Below are positions 49,313 to 59,192 of a stretch of DNA of 64,000 bases, in pieces. The position numbers were made by a program, and so were the translations under genes. The notes beneath the pieces were generated by a model that had not been told where the DNA came from, searched no databases, and saw only the letters and a program-made list of their open reading frames with translations. Source of the stretch: an uncultured delta proteobacterium. Lineage in GTDB: Bacteria > Desulfobacterota > Binatia > Binatales > Binataceae. Each line of letters opens with the position of its first letter. Position 1 is the stretch's first letter. The DNA is taken from contig CAWJET010000002.1 in NCBI GenBank assembly GCA_963842085.1, forward strand, positions 864,001 through 928,000, read 5' to 3'.

Positions 49313-51193
49313 CTAGAAGCGGGGCCGGGCCGCGTCCGGCGGCTCGATAGGTTTGGTTTTGATTTCATCAGCGGTCAGTTCGCCGCGATTGGTGGGCAGG
49401 AAGACCTGTCCGCCCTGGGGCAGCGGCCGGATTATTTCGGGCGTGACGCTCATGACGAGGTCGCTCTCCTTGTCGGACCAGGAGGTGGTGTGGAAAAAAT
49501 TTCTTATCCAAGGGATGTCGCCCAGGTAAGGCACCTTCTGCACCTCGGAAGTTTTTTGGTGGAGAATGAGGCCGGCGATGATCAGCGTCTGCCGGTCCTT
49601 CAGGCGCACCATCGTCTCCGCGCGCCGAGTTATAAAGGCCGGAACCGTGAAACCGAACAAGTTCACCCCGTAGGTATAATCGGGCTCGGAGACTTCGGGC
49701 TTCACGAGCAGTTCGAGATCGTCGCGGCCAACCACGGTCGGAATGAACTCGACCGAGGTGCCGAAGGTCTTGAAAACGATGGTCGAGTTGAGCGCCTGGG
49801 CAATTACGATTGGTATCTCGCCGCCCGAAAGAAATTTGGCCTTCTCGCCGGAGTTCGCCAGCAGATGCGGCTCCGCGAGGACCTTGCCAAGGCTGTGGTC
49901 CTCGAGAAACTGGAAGAATCCCTGCCACATAACGTCCGAATTCTGCGCCGCCAGACCGTAGGTCAAATTCGACGACAGCAGCAGCGGGATCATCTGGCCG
50001 CCACTGGGCAGGACTCCGTTGGGCGAGGTAGTACCTGACAAAGATCCTGACGAAGCCGAGCTCTGAAGGGTGCTGTTCGCGCTGTAAGGTGTCGCGACGC
50101 TGCCCGGCAGACCTACCAGCGACAGGCCCATCTTCGAGAATGCGACCGACAGGTTGACTCCCTGGTTTTCAAGCTTTGTGCGATCGAGCTCGGCCACGAT
50201 CGTGTTGAGCATCACCTGCTGGCGGCCGCTGGCGTCGATCCGCACCGTCCGTTCCTGGTACTGCCCGTTCGCGTCCCAGACCGCCAGCGTTGTGAAACCG
50301 GGCTGATGGGCGATCAGGTTGAGCTGGAAAGGATCGATCACCTGCACGTCGGCAATCTTTGAGTCGGCGACCGAGATGCGCGTGATACGGCGCTGGAAAT
50401 CGATTACCTCGGAGGTGCCCATCATGAGCGAGATGGCTTCCGCCGGCAGATAGTTCCTGCCGCCGGAGACACTGTCGCTGGGGTGGGCCTGGCCTGAATC
50501 CAGCACCGGGGGATCGTTGCGAAACTCACTTGCGTGGGATGAGGGCGGTGCAACCGATTGATCCGCCGATTGAGCCGGCGTGTAGGCTTGAGCGCCGCTG
50601 CCCGCTTCCGGCGGCGCACTGGACGAATCGGCGGCGGCCGATGACGATTTGGCGGGGATCGTCACGCTGTATGGTGTCGCCGGCGACGAAGGCGCACGGT
50701 ACGACGAAATGGTCGCCAACTCGGGCATCGCAGGCGGGGTCGAGGGCGACGCGCCCGCTCCCGGCCTTGAGGCGAGCCCCTCATCACTAATTGACGCCGG
50801 CGCCATGCCGGGCGTAAGCGGCGCACCGGGCCTGGCCACCGCGAACGAATTGAGATCGTAGCTGACTGTACGATCCGAAGTGTTGGTAACGGTAACTATC
50901 CAGCATCCGGCCTCGGCGCTGAGCATGGTGAGCTTGCCCGGCGGCGAGTTGTAGCTGACGAAGGCGTTCGGATTTTGCGCGACGTGAAACGACGGTTTGG
51001 TACCCGGCTTGATATCATTGATCACGTAGGTCTCGCCGGCGTTCATTGAAACCGGAATCCAATCGGCCACGTTTTTCACCTGGGCCCGGCCGGTCCCTGC
51101 GCCGACGAGCAGCAGCAATCCGGCAGATGCGAGCAGTCGACCGAATGTACCCACCGGCCGGATGTTCGTCCGTATGTTCTTGCGTAACGTCAT
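49313..51193 (-). CDS. cpaC: RcpA/CpaC secretin with long N-terminal extension
   Basis: RISVADSKIADV, QVML, LAEPHL, FLSGGEIP, KVPYLGDIP. Confidence 0.88.
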   Translation of the reverse strand: MTLRKNIRTNIRPVGTFGRLLASAGLLLLVGAGTGRAQVKNVADWIPVSMNAGETYVINDIKPGTKPSFHVAQNPNAFVSYNSPPGKLTMLSAEAGCWIVTVTNTSDRTVSYDLNSFAVARPGAPLTPGMAPASISDEGLASRPGAGASPSTPPAMPELATISSYRAPSSPATPYSVTIPAKSSSAAADSSSAPPEAGSGAQAYTPAQSADQSVAPPSSHASEFRNDPPVLDSGQAHPSDSVSGGRNYLPAEAISLMMGTSEVIDFQRRITRISVADSKIADVQVIDPFQLNLIAHQPGFTTLAVWDANGQYQERTVRIDASGRQQVMLNTIVAELDRTKLENQGVNLSVAFSKMGLSLVGLPGSVATPYSANSTLQSSASSGSLSGTTSPNGVLPSGGQMIPLLLSSNLTYGLAAQNSDVMWQGFFQFLEDHSLGKVLAEPHLLANSGEKAKFLSGGEIPIVIAQALNSTIVFKTFGTSVEFIPTVVGRDDLELLVKPEVSEPDYTYGVNLFGFTVPAFITRRAETMVRLKDRQTLIIAGLILHQKTSEVQKVPYLGDIPWIRNFFHTTSWSDKESDLVMSVTPEIIRPLPQGGQVFLPTNRGELTADEIKTKPIEPPDAARPRF

Positions 51194-51222
51194 GGCTTTT
51201 CCCCCCCGATTGCCACCTGCGA

Positions 51223-52350
51223 TCACGGAACTTGATATGTCTTTGGCGCGGGCACGTAGCCCGGATCGCCCGGCCTAAGCGGCGCGTTATTCACTGACCC
51301 GCGAGCATTGGGCGCCTCGGATCGACCCGCCGCGAATGCGCTCTCGGGTGGTTCGGCAAAGCTCGCCGACCACGCCGGCTTTGCGGCCGAGATTGGAGAT
51401 TCCGGCGCGTCGGGCAATGGCGGCGCGGCCGGCACCTGCGGTTCCGAAACAGGAGGCGCTTCCTGGCGCGTTTGAACGGAAGAACGCGTTCCCGCGCCGG
51501 AATGGATAAAGGAAATCGCCTCGGACGACTTGCCGTCGCGCATCACTTCGACTCGAAACGCCGTGGGTCCGTGGGCTGAGCGCGCGGAGAGCGCCGGCGC
51601 CGGCTGTACCTGCATCACGGGCAAGGTCGAGCCAATCGAGCCCGCGTGCAACAGATCGGTCAAATCGATTCCGCTGGTCGCGACAATCTTGGCGTCGCTG
51701 TAATTGCGCATCGCCAGACGCAGCATTCCTTCGCGGCTCGCAAGGGTAAGTTTTTCGGCGTCGGCCGGAGTAACCAGCAGCGTGACGACTTTCACTACCT
51801 GCGGTTCGTCCTTGACGTTTTCGATTTCCTGAGCGACGGCGAGGACTTCGATGTTCTGGAGAACGATGCGCGAGAAAGAGGACTCGCCCGGGCCGGTGCC
51901 CGAAACCGCGACCAGCACGTCGACGCGCGCACGCGGCGCAACAAAGCCGGCGATGTCCGCGACCTCGTCCACCGGCACCGACACCGCGCGCATCCCGGCC
52001 GGAATCAGCAGCGGCATCACGCCCGAGGACTTCTCGCCCATGAACAGCTTGCTTGCGACCACCGGTTCGTTAGCGACGAATTCACTCCTTGCGAACGAGC
52101 CTGCGATCGCCTGCGGATCGGTGAACGCCCCCTGCGGGACGCTGTCGCGCGCCCAGCGAACCAGTTTGACTGCGCTGGGCTCAAGCTTGGCGCCCAGCGG
52201 TATATCGTTTGCCGCGACCACGACTTCAACCGACTGCGCCATCGCGCGCTGCACTTCGGACTCGCGTTTTCTGATCGCGGAAAAGACCACAATCGCGGCC
52301 AGCACGGCGCCCATCCCCGCAAGGATCACGAACACTATAGGTCGTCTCAT
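51223..52350 (-). CDS. cpaB: RcpC/CpaB pilus assembly protein
   Basis: SAF domain VVVAANDIP, GMRAVSV, GFV.P..RVDV, VTLLVTP. Confidence 0.9.
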   Translation of the reverse strand: MRRPIVFVILAGMGAVLAAIVVFSAIRKRESEVQRAMAQSVEVVVAANDIPLGAKLEPSAVKLVRWARDSVPQGAFTDPQAIAGSFARSEFVANEPVVASKLFMGEKSSGVMPLLIPAGMRAVSVPVDEVADIAGFVAPRARVDVLVAVSGTGPGESSFSRIVLQNIEVLAVAQEIENVKDEPQVVKVVTLLVTPADAEKLTLASREGMLRLAMRNYSDAKIVATSGIDLTDLLHAGSIGSTLPVMQVQPAPALSARSAHGPTAFRVEVMRDGKSSEAISFIHSGAGTRSSVQTRQEAPPVSEPQVPAAPPLPDAPESPISAAKPAWSASFAEPPESAFAAGRSEAPNARGSVNNAPLRPGDPGYVPAPKTYQVP

Positions 52351-52607
52351 CTATGTCCCCCTTCTTGCGCGACCCATCGATACAGCCTGCTCCCCACAAG
52401 CAGAACTCAATCGCTCACACTCTCGTCGCGACCGCCCGTCGCGCGCCGCGCCAAACCGGGCCAAGCCGGAAATTCCCGAAATCACTCCTACACTCGCATC
52501 GACCGGTCACTTCCTCAGCAACCTCCTGATTTGCGCGGCGGGGCACTCGGCCCCCGCCGCCTGCGCCGCGCGCCTGGGTTCGACCTCGCGGGCTTTGGGC
52601 GCGAGTC

Positions 52608-52697
52608 TCACGCGCCCGACAGCGTCGCGGTCACGTTGGCGATGATCGTGTTGATCCCACCTTCGAGACCCTGTAACGAGCCACCGCGATCCCGCCT
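52608..52697 (-). pseudogene. 5'-truncated second Flp pilin copy
   Basis: Encodes GIAVA..QGLEGGINTIIANVTATLSGA*, versus flp QGLEGGINDIITNVTATLKAA*. No start or RBS; 10-bp internal deletion. Confidence 0.8.
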
Positions 52698-52745
52698 GTG
52701 GGCGTTGAGTCAGCGCAATCGCCTGCTTGCGGAAACCAACGGGCC

Positions 52746-52925
52746 TTACGCGGCCTTCAGAGTCGCGGTCACGTTGGTGATGATGTCGTTGATTCCGCCT
52801 TCGAGACCCTGGTACGCGATGTAACCGGCCACCGCGATCGCCGCGATGATCAGCACGTACTCGGTCATTGTCTGGCCCGCCTTGCTTTCCCAAACCGTGA
52901 CTATGAGTTTGTCGATGTAGTTCAT
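52746..52925 (-). CDS. flp: Flp type IVb pilin
   Basis: 59 aa, below the ORF-track cutoff: MNYIDKLIVTVWESKAG/QTMTEYVLIIAAIAVAG...; G/xxxxEY motif; RBS AAGGAGG. Confidence 0.93.
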   Translation of the reverse strand: MNYIDKLIVTVWESKAGQTMTEYVLIIAAIAVAGYIAYQGLEGGINDIITNVTATLKAA

Positions 52926-52986
52926 TATCGATGTCCTCCTTTGCGCGTTGTGTCAGCGCAATCGACTCGATTCACTGAGCTTCAAG

Positions 52987-53003
52987 TGCACCACTCATGC
53001 CAG
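52987..53003 (-). promoter_or_regulatory. Sigma54 (-24/-12) promoter of flp
   Basis: Minus strand CTGGCATGAGTGGTGCA (GG-N10-GC), about 60 nt before the flp ATG. Confidence 0.65.
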
Positions 53004-53176
53004 CCGCAGATTCGAGAACGAGTCGATGTAGCTGGCTAGAGAAAGTCGAGCGGCAAAAGGTGAACCCGCCCGTGTCGCATCGCGGTACATCCGATGGTTC
53101 AATCACCCGCGCAGCCGCTTGGTCGCCTCCTCTTTACAGGTAGGCAATCGGCTGCCGCCTTTGCCATAATCAACTC

Positions 53177-54112
53177 ATGCCTCCCCACCGCCCCTCCTCT
53201 ATCCTGCCATTTGCTTTCCCTCGGATTGCGAGCCGGGGGGCTATCGCGATCGCGCTCGTACTCGGGCTGGCCGGATGCGCTCCGTCGGCACTCACCTCTG
53301 CGCGTAGTCAAATTGCGGCCGCCAATTATCCGGCAGCCCGTCAGGAACTGGTCGCTCTGTCAGCCCGCAGTGACTTGAGCGAGAGCGAACGGCGCGAAGT
53401 GAAAGACGACCTATGTCTCTGTGACTTCAAGATCGGCCGCCCGGCGTACACGCTAGCCGAGCAGCGCGCCGTCTGCGCCGACGCGGCAAAGGAACCGGGC
53501 AGCCAGAGCAGTTCGATTATCGCGCAAATCGACGGGGCGCAGCGCAGCAAGGACGCGCAGGAGGTCGACGCCGCCCTGGCCGCGCATGACTTGGCGGACG
53601 CCGAGCGCGCCGCTATCGACTACCAGAGCCTGCCTGGCGCCGATCCTGCGACGCTTGCGCGATGGTCAAAGCAGGTCTGGACGCTGGCGGACGCTCAGGT
53701 GTTTGCGGATTCGACCGCGAAGAAACGCTCGCTCAACGCCGCGATCGCCGAGGTGCGCAAGAACCATCGCGAGGTCGAGGAAATGGACCAGCGCCAGTTC
53801 ACCCGATGGGTCGCCAGGACTGCGACCGTCTCCGGAACCGCCCTCGCGTCCCGCGTCGAGCTGAACGATTCGACCCTGAACCTGTCCATCGACGACGCGA
53901 ACATGCCGCTTGCCGCGCTCAACCTCGACCGGTTCACGACGATCAATGACGCGATGGTGGCGCGATGCGGTTGCGACGCACGCACCGACGTGGCGGTCGC
54001 CGAGACCGGCTTCCCCGCCTACTTCATCAGGCTGGATCCCGAGACTCGAATGTCCGAAGTCATGATCCTGCCGCGAGGCGATCGCGCGATCGCCTCGGCC
54101 ATCTCGGACTGA
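53177..54112 (+). CDS. Hypothetical lipoprotein
   Basis: Lipobox LAGC; helical; several Cys. Confidence 0.7.
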   Translation: MPPHRPSSILPFAFPRIASRGAIAIALVLGLAGCAPSALTSARSQIAAANYPAARQELVALSARSDLSESERREVKDDLCLCDFKIGRPAYTLAEQRAVCADAAKEPGSQSSSIIAQIDGAQRSKDAQEVDAALAAHDLADAERAAIDYQSLPGADPATLARWSKQVWTLADAQVFADSTAKKRSLNAAIAEVRKNHREVEEMDQRQFTRWVARTATVSGTALASRVELNDSTLNLSIDDANMPLAALNLDRFTTINDAMVARCGCDARTDVAVAETGFPAYFIRLDPETRMSEVMILPRGDRAIASAISD

Positions 54113-54264
54113 GCTTCGACTCGGTCGAACACCCCGGCCGCTCCCGTTCTGCTTAGTTATAAAAAATGTTTTGTGGTACTCATTCCACTTAACTGAGATT
54201 CGCGTTGGTGCTGCCGCCCCTGCGGGCGGCGGTCTCGGGAGCTGCGAAAATCTTGGCCGCACTT

Positions 54265-55320
54265 ATGCAGCGCTGGTGGTTGACGATTGCCGTTGCCAAT
54301 GCAGTGGCCGGCTGCGCCCCCGTTGCCGCGCTCGCCAACGACTGGGGAATGGGCGCTTCGAACTCGAAGATTCCCCCGAGCAGCGTCTTCACCCCGGTCT
54401 CGACCCCCGCCCACGAAATCAACACCGTCGCGTTGTTCGTCATCTCGATCACCGCGGTGATTTTCCTGATTGTCGCCGGCCTGCTTACTTACAGCATCGT
54501 CCGTTTTCGCGCCCGTCCCGGCGACGACGGCCGCGAACCGCCGCAGGTGTACGGCAGCAATCCGATCGAGTTCGCATGGACGACGGTCCCAGTCATCATT
54601 GTATTGGTGCTCATCCTCACCACCGCCCGTACCATATATACGGTCCAAGCGAGGGAGCGGCCGCCCGGCGCTCTCAGCGTCCACGTGATCGCGCATCAGT
54701 GGTGGTGGGAGTTCCGTTACCCCGACCTCGGCGTCGTCACCGCCAATGAGCTTCACGTTCCGCTGAGCGATCCGAAAAATCCCACGCCGACGTTTCTTGA
54801 TCTCGAGTCCGCCGATGTCGCGCACAGCTTCTGGGTGCCGCGCCTGGCCGGCAAGACTGACGTCATCCCGAACCGGAAAAATACGATGTGGATCGATCCG
54901 CACGTCGCCGGGACCTACCTCGGGCAGTGCGGTGAGTACTGCGGCACCGAGCATGCCATGATGCTGCTGCGCGTGATCGTCGAGCCGCGCGCCGACTTCG
55001 CTCGATGGGTCTCCGCGCAGAAGCAGCCGCCCGCCGTCGACGCCTCCGTCAGCCACGGCCGGCAGATTTTCGAATCCACCGCCTGCGTCAATTGCCATAC
55101 TATTCGCGGCACCGCGGCTGACGGACGTTTCGGTCCCGACCTCACTCATCTGATGACTCGCGAGACGATCGGCGCTGGGGTCGCCATGAACACTCCCGAT
55201 CACTTGCGCGTCTGGGTCAGCGATCCCAACGTCATGAAGCCCGGCGCGCTCATGCCGGCGATGAATCTCGGCGACAAGGACCTCGACGACCTCGTCGCCT
55301 ATCTGGCCACGCTGCGCTGA
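54265..55320 (+). CDS. coxB: Cytochrome c oxidase subunit II with fused cytochrome c (caa3 type)
   Basis: HQWWWEF, DVAHSFW, CGEYCGTEHAM (CuA), CVNCH. Confidence 0.95.
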   Translation: MQRWWLTIAVANAVAGCAPVAALANDWGMGASNSKIPPSSVFTPVSTPAHEINTVALFVISITAVIFLIVAGLLTYSIVRFRARPGDDGREPPQVYGSNPIEFAWTTVPVIIVLVLILTTARTIYTVQARERPPGALSVHVIAHQWWWEFRYPDLGVVTANELHVPLSDPKNPTPTFLDLESADVAHSFWVPRLAGKTDVIPNRKNTMWIDPHVAGTYLGQCGEYCGTEHAMMLLRVIVEPRADFARWVSAQKQPPAVDASVSHGRQIFESTACVNCHTIRGTAADGRFGPDLTHLMTRETIGAGVAMNTPDHLRVWVSDPNVMKPGALMPAMNLGDKDLDDLVAYLATLR

Positions 55321-55334
55321 GCTGGAGATACGGC

Positions 55335-57020
55335 ATGGCAGGTACCATCGATCAGGAAATCGCTCTCGGCGCTGTAGACGACGCGCAAGCGCTGCCCATT
55401 CTCGGCAAGCTTCACGAATGGGTCGTCACTGTCGATCACAAGCGTCTCGGCATCATGTACATCGTGGGTGGGCTCTTCTTTTTCCTGATCGCCGGCCTGC
55501 AAGCCGCGACGATTCGGCTTCAGCTCGTCGTCCCCGACGCCGGCATCGTGCCGCCGCAGGTATTCAACCGCCTGCTTACGATGCACGGCACCGCGATGGT
55601 CTTCCTGGTCGGGATGCCCATCCTTACCGGCTTCTTCAACTACCTCGTGCCGCTGATGATTGGCGCGCGCGACCTCGCCTTCCCGCGCCTCAACGCCTTC
55701 GGCTTCTGGCTATGGTTCTTCGGCGCCGTCCTCCTCTATTTCAGCTACATCGGCGGCGACGGCCTCTACGGCGCGGGCAGCGCACCCGACGTCGGCTGGT
55801 TCGCGTATGCTCCTCTAACCGAGCTGCCGTTCTCGCGCGGCAATAGTACTGACTATTGGATACTGAGTATTCTACTGACTAGTGTAGGCACAACTGCAAC
55901 CGCCATCAACATAATAGCCACTGCGTTCTGCATGCGATGCGAAGGGATGACGCTCAGCAAGATGCCGGTGCTCGTGTGGCTCGCCGTCGTCGTCGCCTTC
56001 ATGATGCTCGTAGCGTTGCCACCGCTCTCGGCCGCGCAGGCGATGCTACTACTCGATCGCTTCGCCGGTGCGCACTTCTTCGACACTCAAGCGGGCGGCT
56101 CTGCGGTCCTGTGGCAACACTTCTTCTGGATCTTCGGCCATCCCGAGGTCTACATCCTGGTGATTCCCGCTTTCGCCTTCGCCTCCGAGATCATCCCGGT
56201 CTTCTCGCGCAAAGTGATTTTCGGCTACAGCGTGATGGTCGCGGCGTCGTGCGCGATCGGGTTCATCAGCCTCAGCGTATGGGCGCATCACATGTTCGCC
56301 GTCGGCATGACGCCGGCCGGCAACTCGTTTTTCGCCTTGTCCACGATGCTGGTTGGCGTGCCGACCGGCATCAAGATCTTCAACTGGCTCGGCACAATCT
56401 GGGGCGGAAAACTTCGTTTCAAGGTACCGATGCTGTTCAGCCTTGGATTCCTATTTCAGTTTCTGGTCGCGGGTCTGACCGGCATCATGCTCGCCGTCGC
56501 ACCCTTCGATTGGCAAGTCACGGATACCTACTTCGTGGTTGCTCATTTCCACTACGTACTAGTCGGTGCGATCATCTTTATGGATTTCGCCGCTGTCTAT
56601 TATTGGTTCCCAAAGGCTACCGGCCGAATGCTCAGTGAGACTCTCGGCAAATGGCATTTCTGGCTATTCCTGATCGGCTTCCACCTGACTTTCGATACCC
56701 TGCATTTCGCGGGCCTGCGCGGAATGCCGCGCCGCATCTATACCTATCAGCCCGGCCGCGGCCTCGAGACTTTAAACCTGATCGCATCGATCGGAGCGCT
56801 GGTGCAGGGCATCGCGGTCCTCATATTCGTGATCAACATTGTGCGCTCGCTCCGCTCCGGCGACCCGGCCGGCGACGACCCCTGGGACGCGTGGACCCTG
56901 GAATGGTCCACAACCTCTCCGCCACCCGAATACAACTTCGCGGAGTCGCCCGTAGTCCGCAGCCGCCGCCCGCTCTGGGATCTGAAACATCCAGAAGACC
57001 CCGACTGGAAGTACGAATGA
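55335..57020 (+). CDS. ctaD: Cytochrome c oxidase subunit I (A1 type)
   Basis: DHKRLG, MHG, DLAFPRLN, FGHPEVY, WAHH, PTGIK, AHFHY. Confidence 0.97.
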   Translation: MAGTIDQEIALGAVDDAQALPILGKLHEWVVTVDHKRLGIMYIVGGLFFFLIAGLQAATIRLQLVVPDAGIVPPQVFNRLLTMHGTAMVFLVGMPILTGFFNYLVPLMIGARDLAFPRLNAFGFWLWFFGAVLLYFSYIGGDGLYGAGSAPDVGWFAYAPLTELPFSRGNSTDYWILSILLTSVGTTATAINIIATAFCMRCEGMTLSKMPVLVWLAVVVAFMMLVALPPLSAAQAMLLLDRFAGAHFFDTQAGGSAVLWQHFFWIFGHPEVYILVIPAFAFASEIIPVFSRKVIFGYSVMVAASCAIGFISLSVWAHHMFAVGMTPAGNSFFALSTMLVGVPTGIKIFNWLGTIWGGKLRFKVPMLFSLGFLFQFLVAGLTGIMLAVAPFDWQVTDTYFVVAHFHYVLVGAIIFMDFAAVYYWFPKATGRMLSETLGKWHFWLFLIGFHLTFDTLHFAGLRGMPRRIYTYQPGRGLETLNLIASIGALVQGIAVLIFVINIVRSLRSGDPAGDDPWDAWTLEWSTTSPPPEYNFAESPVVRSRRPLWDLKHPEDPDWKYE

Positions 57021-57036
57021 ACCAGAGCGTCTTCTA

Positions 57037-57639
57037 ATGGCCGCAGCATCCACCGCGATTCCCGCAACCGCCGCGCAATGGAGCGAAATCCTCCCGCGAC
57101 GCGGCCGCGTCGGCATCGTCGCGCTGATTCTCACCGAGTCCGTGTTCTTCTCGATTTTCGTGGTCGCCTACCTCTTTTACATCGGCAAGAGCCTCACCGG
57201 TCCATTTCCGAAGGACGTCCTCTCTCCGCCGATTCTGAATACCATCTGCCTCCTCTCGAGCAGCGTCACAATCGTTGTTGCGATGCGAGCGCTGCGGGTC
57301 GGCTCCATCCGCGCTTTTGCCGTCTGGTGGTTCATTACCTTTGCGCTCGGCTTCGAATTCCTGACCGGCACGGCGCTCGAATGGCATCGACTCATCTACC
57401 ACGAGGGCCTTACGATTCAGACCAATCTCTTCGGCACCACCTATTACTCACTGGTCGGTCTGCACGCGCTCCACGTTACTATCGGGTTACTATTGATTTT
57501 GCTCGTGATGGTTCTGACTATGTGCGGTTACATAAATGACCGCCACGTCGAACGAACTGATGTACTCTCATGGTATTGGCACTTCGTCGATGCGGTGTGG
57601 GTAGTAGTATTCCTGACCGTGTACGTGATCGGTCGATGA
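57037..57639 (+). CDS. ctaE: Cytochrome c oxidase subunit III (short form)
   Basis: NTICLLSSS, GLHALHV, YWHFVDAVW. Confidence 0.93.
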   Translation: MAAASTAIPATAAQWSEILPRRGRVGIVALILTESVFFSIFVVAYLFYIGKSLTGPFPKDVLSPPILNTICLLSSSVTIVVAMRALRVGSIRAFAVWWFITFALGFEFLTGTALEWHRLIYHEGLTIQTNLFGTTYYSLVGLHALHVTIGLLLILLVMVLTMCGYINDRHVERTDVLSWYWHFVDAVWVVVFLTVYVIGR

Positions 57640-57648
57640 GCTAACGCA

Positions 57649-58485
57649 ATGGCTATTCAGGAAAATGCCGACAGAGTAATCGAAGCCCCCGCGCCGACCG
57701 CGTGGCCGATGATCATGGCGCTGGGCCTGGCGCTCGCCTTCGCCGGCCTGGTCACCAATATCGCGGTCAGCATGGTGGGCTTCATCCTTACTATAGCGGG
57801 CGCCGTCGGATGGTTTGGCGAGGTACTTCCCGCCGAGCATCGCGATCTGGTTCGCGTCGAGCCCGCCGGTGAAGTCATCGTCCCCGCAAGAATCGGGGTC
57901 GATTATCTTCAGGTCGGAGAGCTGGGCAATCGCGCCATCCTGCCGCTCGAAATCTATCCATACTCCGCCGGAATCAAGGGCGGCATCGCAGGCGGCGTCG
58001 CGATGGCTGCGCTCGCCGTGTTGCAGGGCATCGCGTTTCATGGAAGCCCCTGGTACACCGTCAACATTCTCGCGGCAACAGCGATGGCGAATCTCGCCAA
58101 TGCCAGCACCGCGACGCTCTGCACGTTCATCCCGCAAGCATTCGTTGTAGCGCTGATCATTCACGCCTCCGCTTCGATACTGGTCGGACTGCTATACGGC
58201 GTGATGCTTCCGATGTTCCCGCGCTATCCCGCATTGTGGGCCGCGCTTGTCGCCCCGCTCCTGTGGACCGGCCTGCTATGGTCGTCGCTCAGCGTGATAA
58301 ATCCTCTACTCGACGCGCGCATCGAGTGGCGATGGTTCATCCTGTGTCAGATCGCCTTCGGCGCTGTCGCGGGTTTCGTCATTAACCTGACCGAGCGCGT
58401 CCATACACTGCAGCATCTACCATTCGCCGTTCGCACCGGCATCGAGGCGCCCGGCCTCGAAGAGAAACGCGAGGATCGGGAGTAA
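57649..58485 (+). CDS. Polytopic membrane protein, possible oxidase accessory subunit
   Basis: PTAWP N-terminus, about 6-7 TMs, inside the respiratory operon. Confidence 0.75.
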   Translation: MAIQENADRVIEAPAPTAWPMIMALGLALAFAGLVTNIAVSMVGFILTIAGAVGWFGEVLPAEHRDLVRVEPAGEVIVPARIGVDYLQVGELGNRAILPLEIYPYSAGIKGGIAGGVAMAALAVLQGIAFHGSPWYTVNILAATAMANLANASTATLCTFIPQAFVVALIIHASASILVGLLYGVMLPMFPRYPALWAALVAPLLWTGLLWSSLSVINPLLDARIEWRWFILCQIAFGAVAGFVINLTERVHTLQHLPFAVRTGIEAPGLEEKREDRE

Positions 58486-58486
58486 A

Positions 58487-59191
58487 TTGAACGCGCGCCG
58501 AATTATTTCGCTCCTCGCGATCGCGTCGCTCGGCGCCCACCTGCTCACTGGATGCGATTCGCTTCCCGGCCGTCCCACCAAGGCCGATCTTCCAGTCCGC
58601 CCCTCGGACGTGGCGGACTTTGCCAAACTGTACGGCGAGAATTGTGCGGGATGTCACGGCGTCGACGGCAAATTTGGCGCCGCGCTCGCGATGAACAACT
58701 CCGTCTATCTCGGCATCATCGACGACGCTTCGATGCGGCGCGTCATCGCCGACGGAGTTCCAGGCACCGCAATGCCGCCGTTTGCGCACAGTGCCGGCGG
58801 TTCGCTGACTGATCGCCAGATCGACATCGTGATCGCCGGTGTCCGCAAAAGCTGGGCGCGTGCCCCAGGAGCCGCCGCAGGCGCTCCGCCTTACTCGAGT
58901 TCCACCTCAGGCGATCCAGATCGAGGCGCTCAGGTTTATGCGTCACACTGCCAATCGTGTCATGGCCCCGACGGCAACGGCGGAACCGCGGGATCAATCG
59001 TCGATCCTTCCTACCTTAAGCTCGTGAGCAATCAGTACTTGCGAACGATCGTGATCGCGGGACGCCCCGACCTCGGCCAGCCCGATTGGAAGAACGACGT
59101 CCCTGGACAACCGCTGACACCCGCGCAAGTTGCCGACGTCGTCGCATGGCTCTCATCGAAACGTCCTGTACCGTTGACACTGAGTAATTGA
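58487..59191 (+). CDS. Diheme cytochrome c lipoprotein
   Basis: LTGC lipobox; CAGCH; CQSCH. Confidence 0.9.
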   Translation: MNARRIISLLAIASLGAHLLTGCDSLPGRPTKADLPVRPSDVADFAKLYGENCAGCHGVDGKFGAALAMNNSVYLGIIDDASMRRVIADGVPGTAMPPFAHSAGGSLTDRQIDIVIAGVRKSWARAPGAAAGAPPYSSSTSGDPDRGAQVYASHCQSCHGPDGNGGTAGSIVDPSYLKLVSNQYLRTIVIAGRPDLGQPDWKNDVPGQPLTPAQVADVVAWLSSKRPVPLTLSN

Positions 59192-59192
59192 A

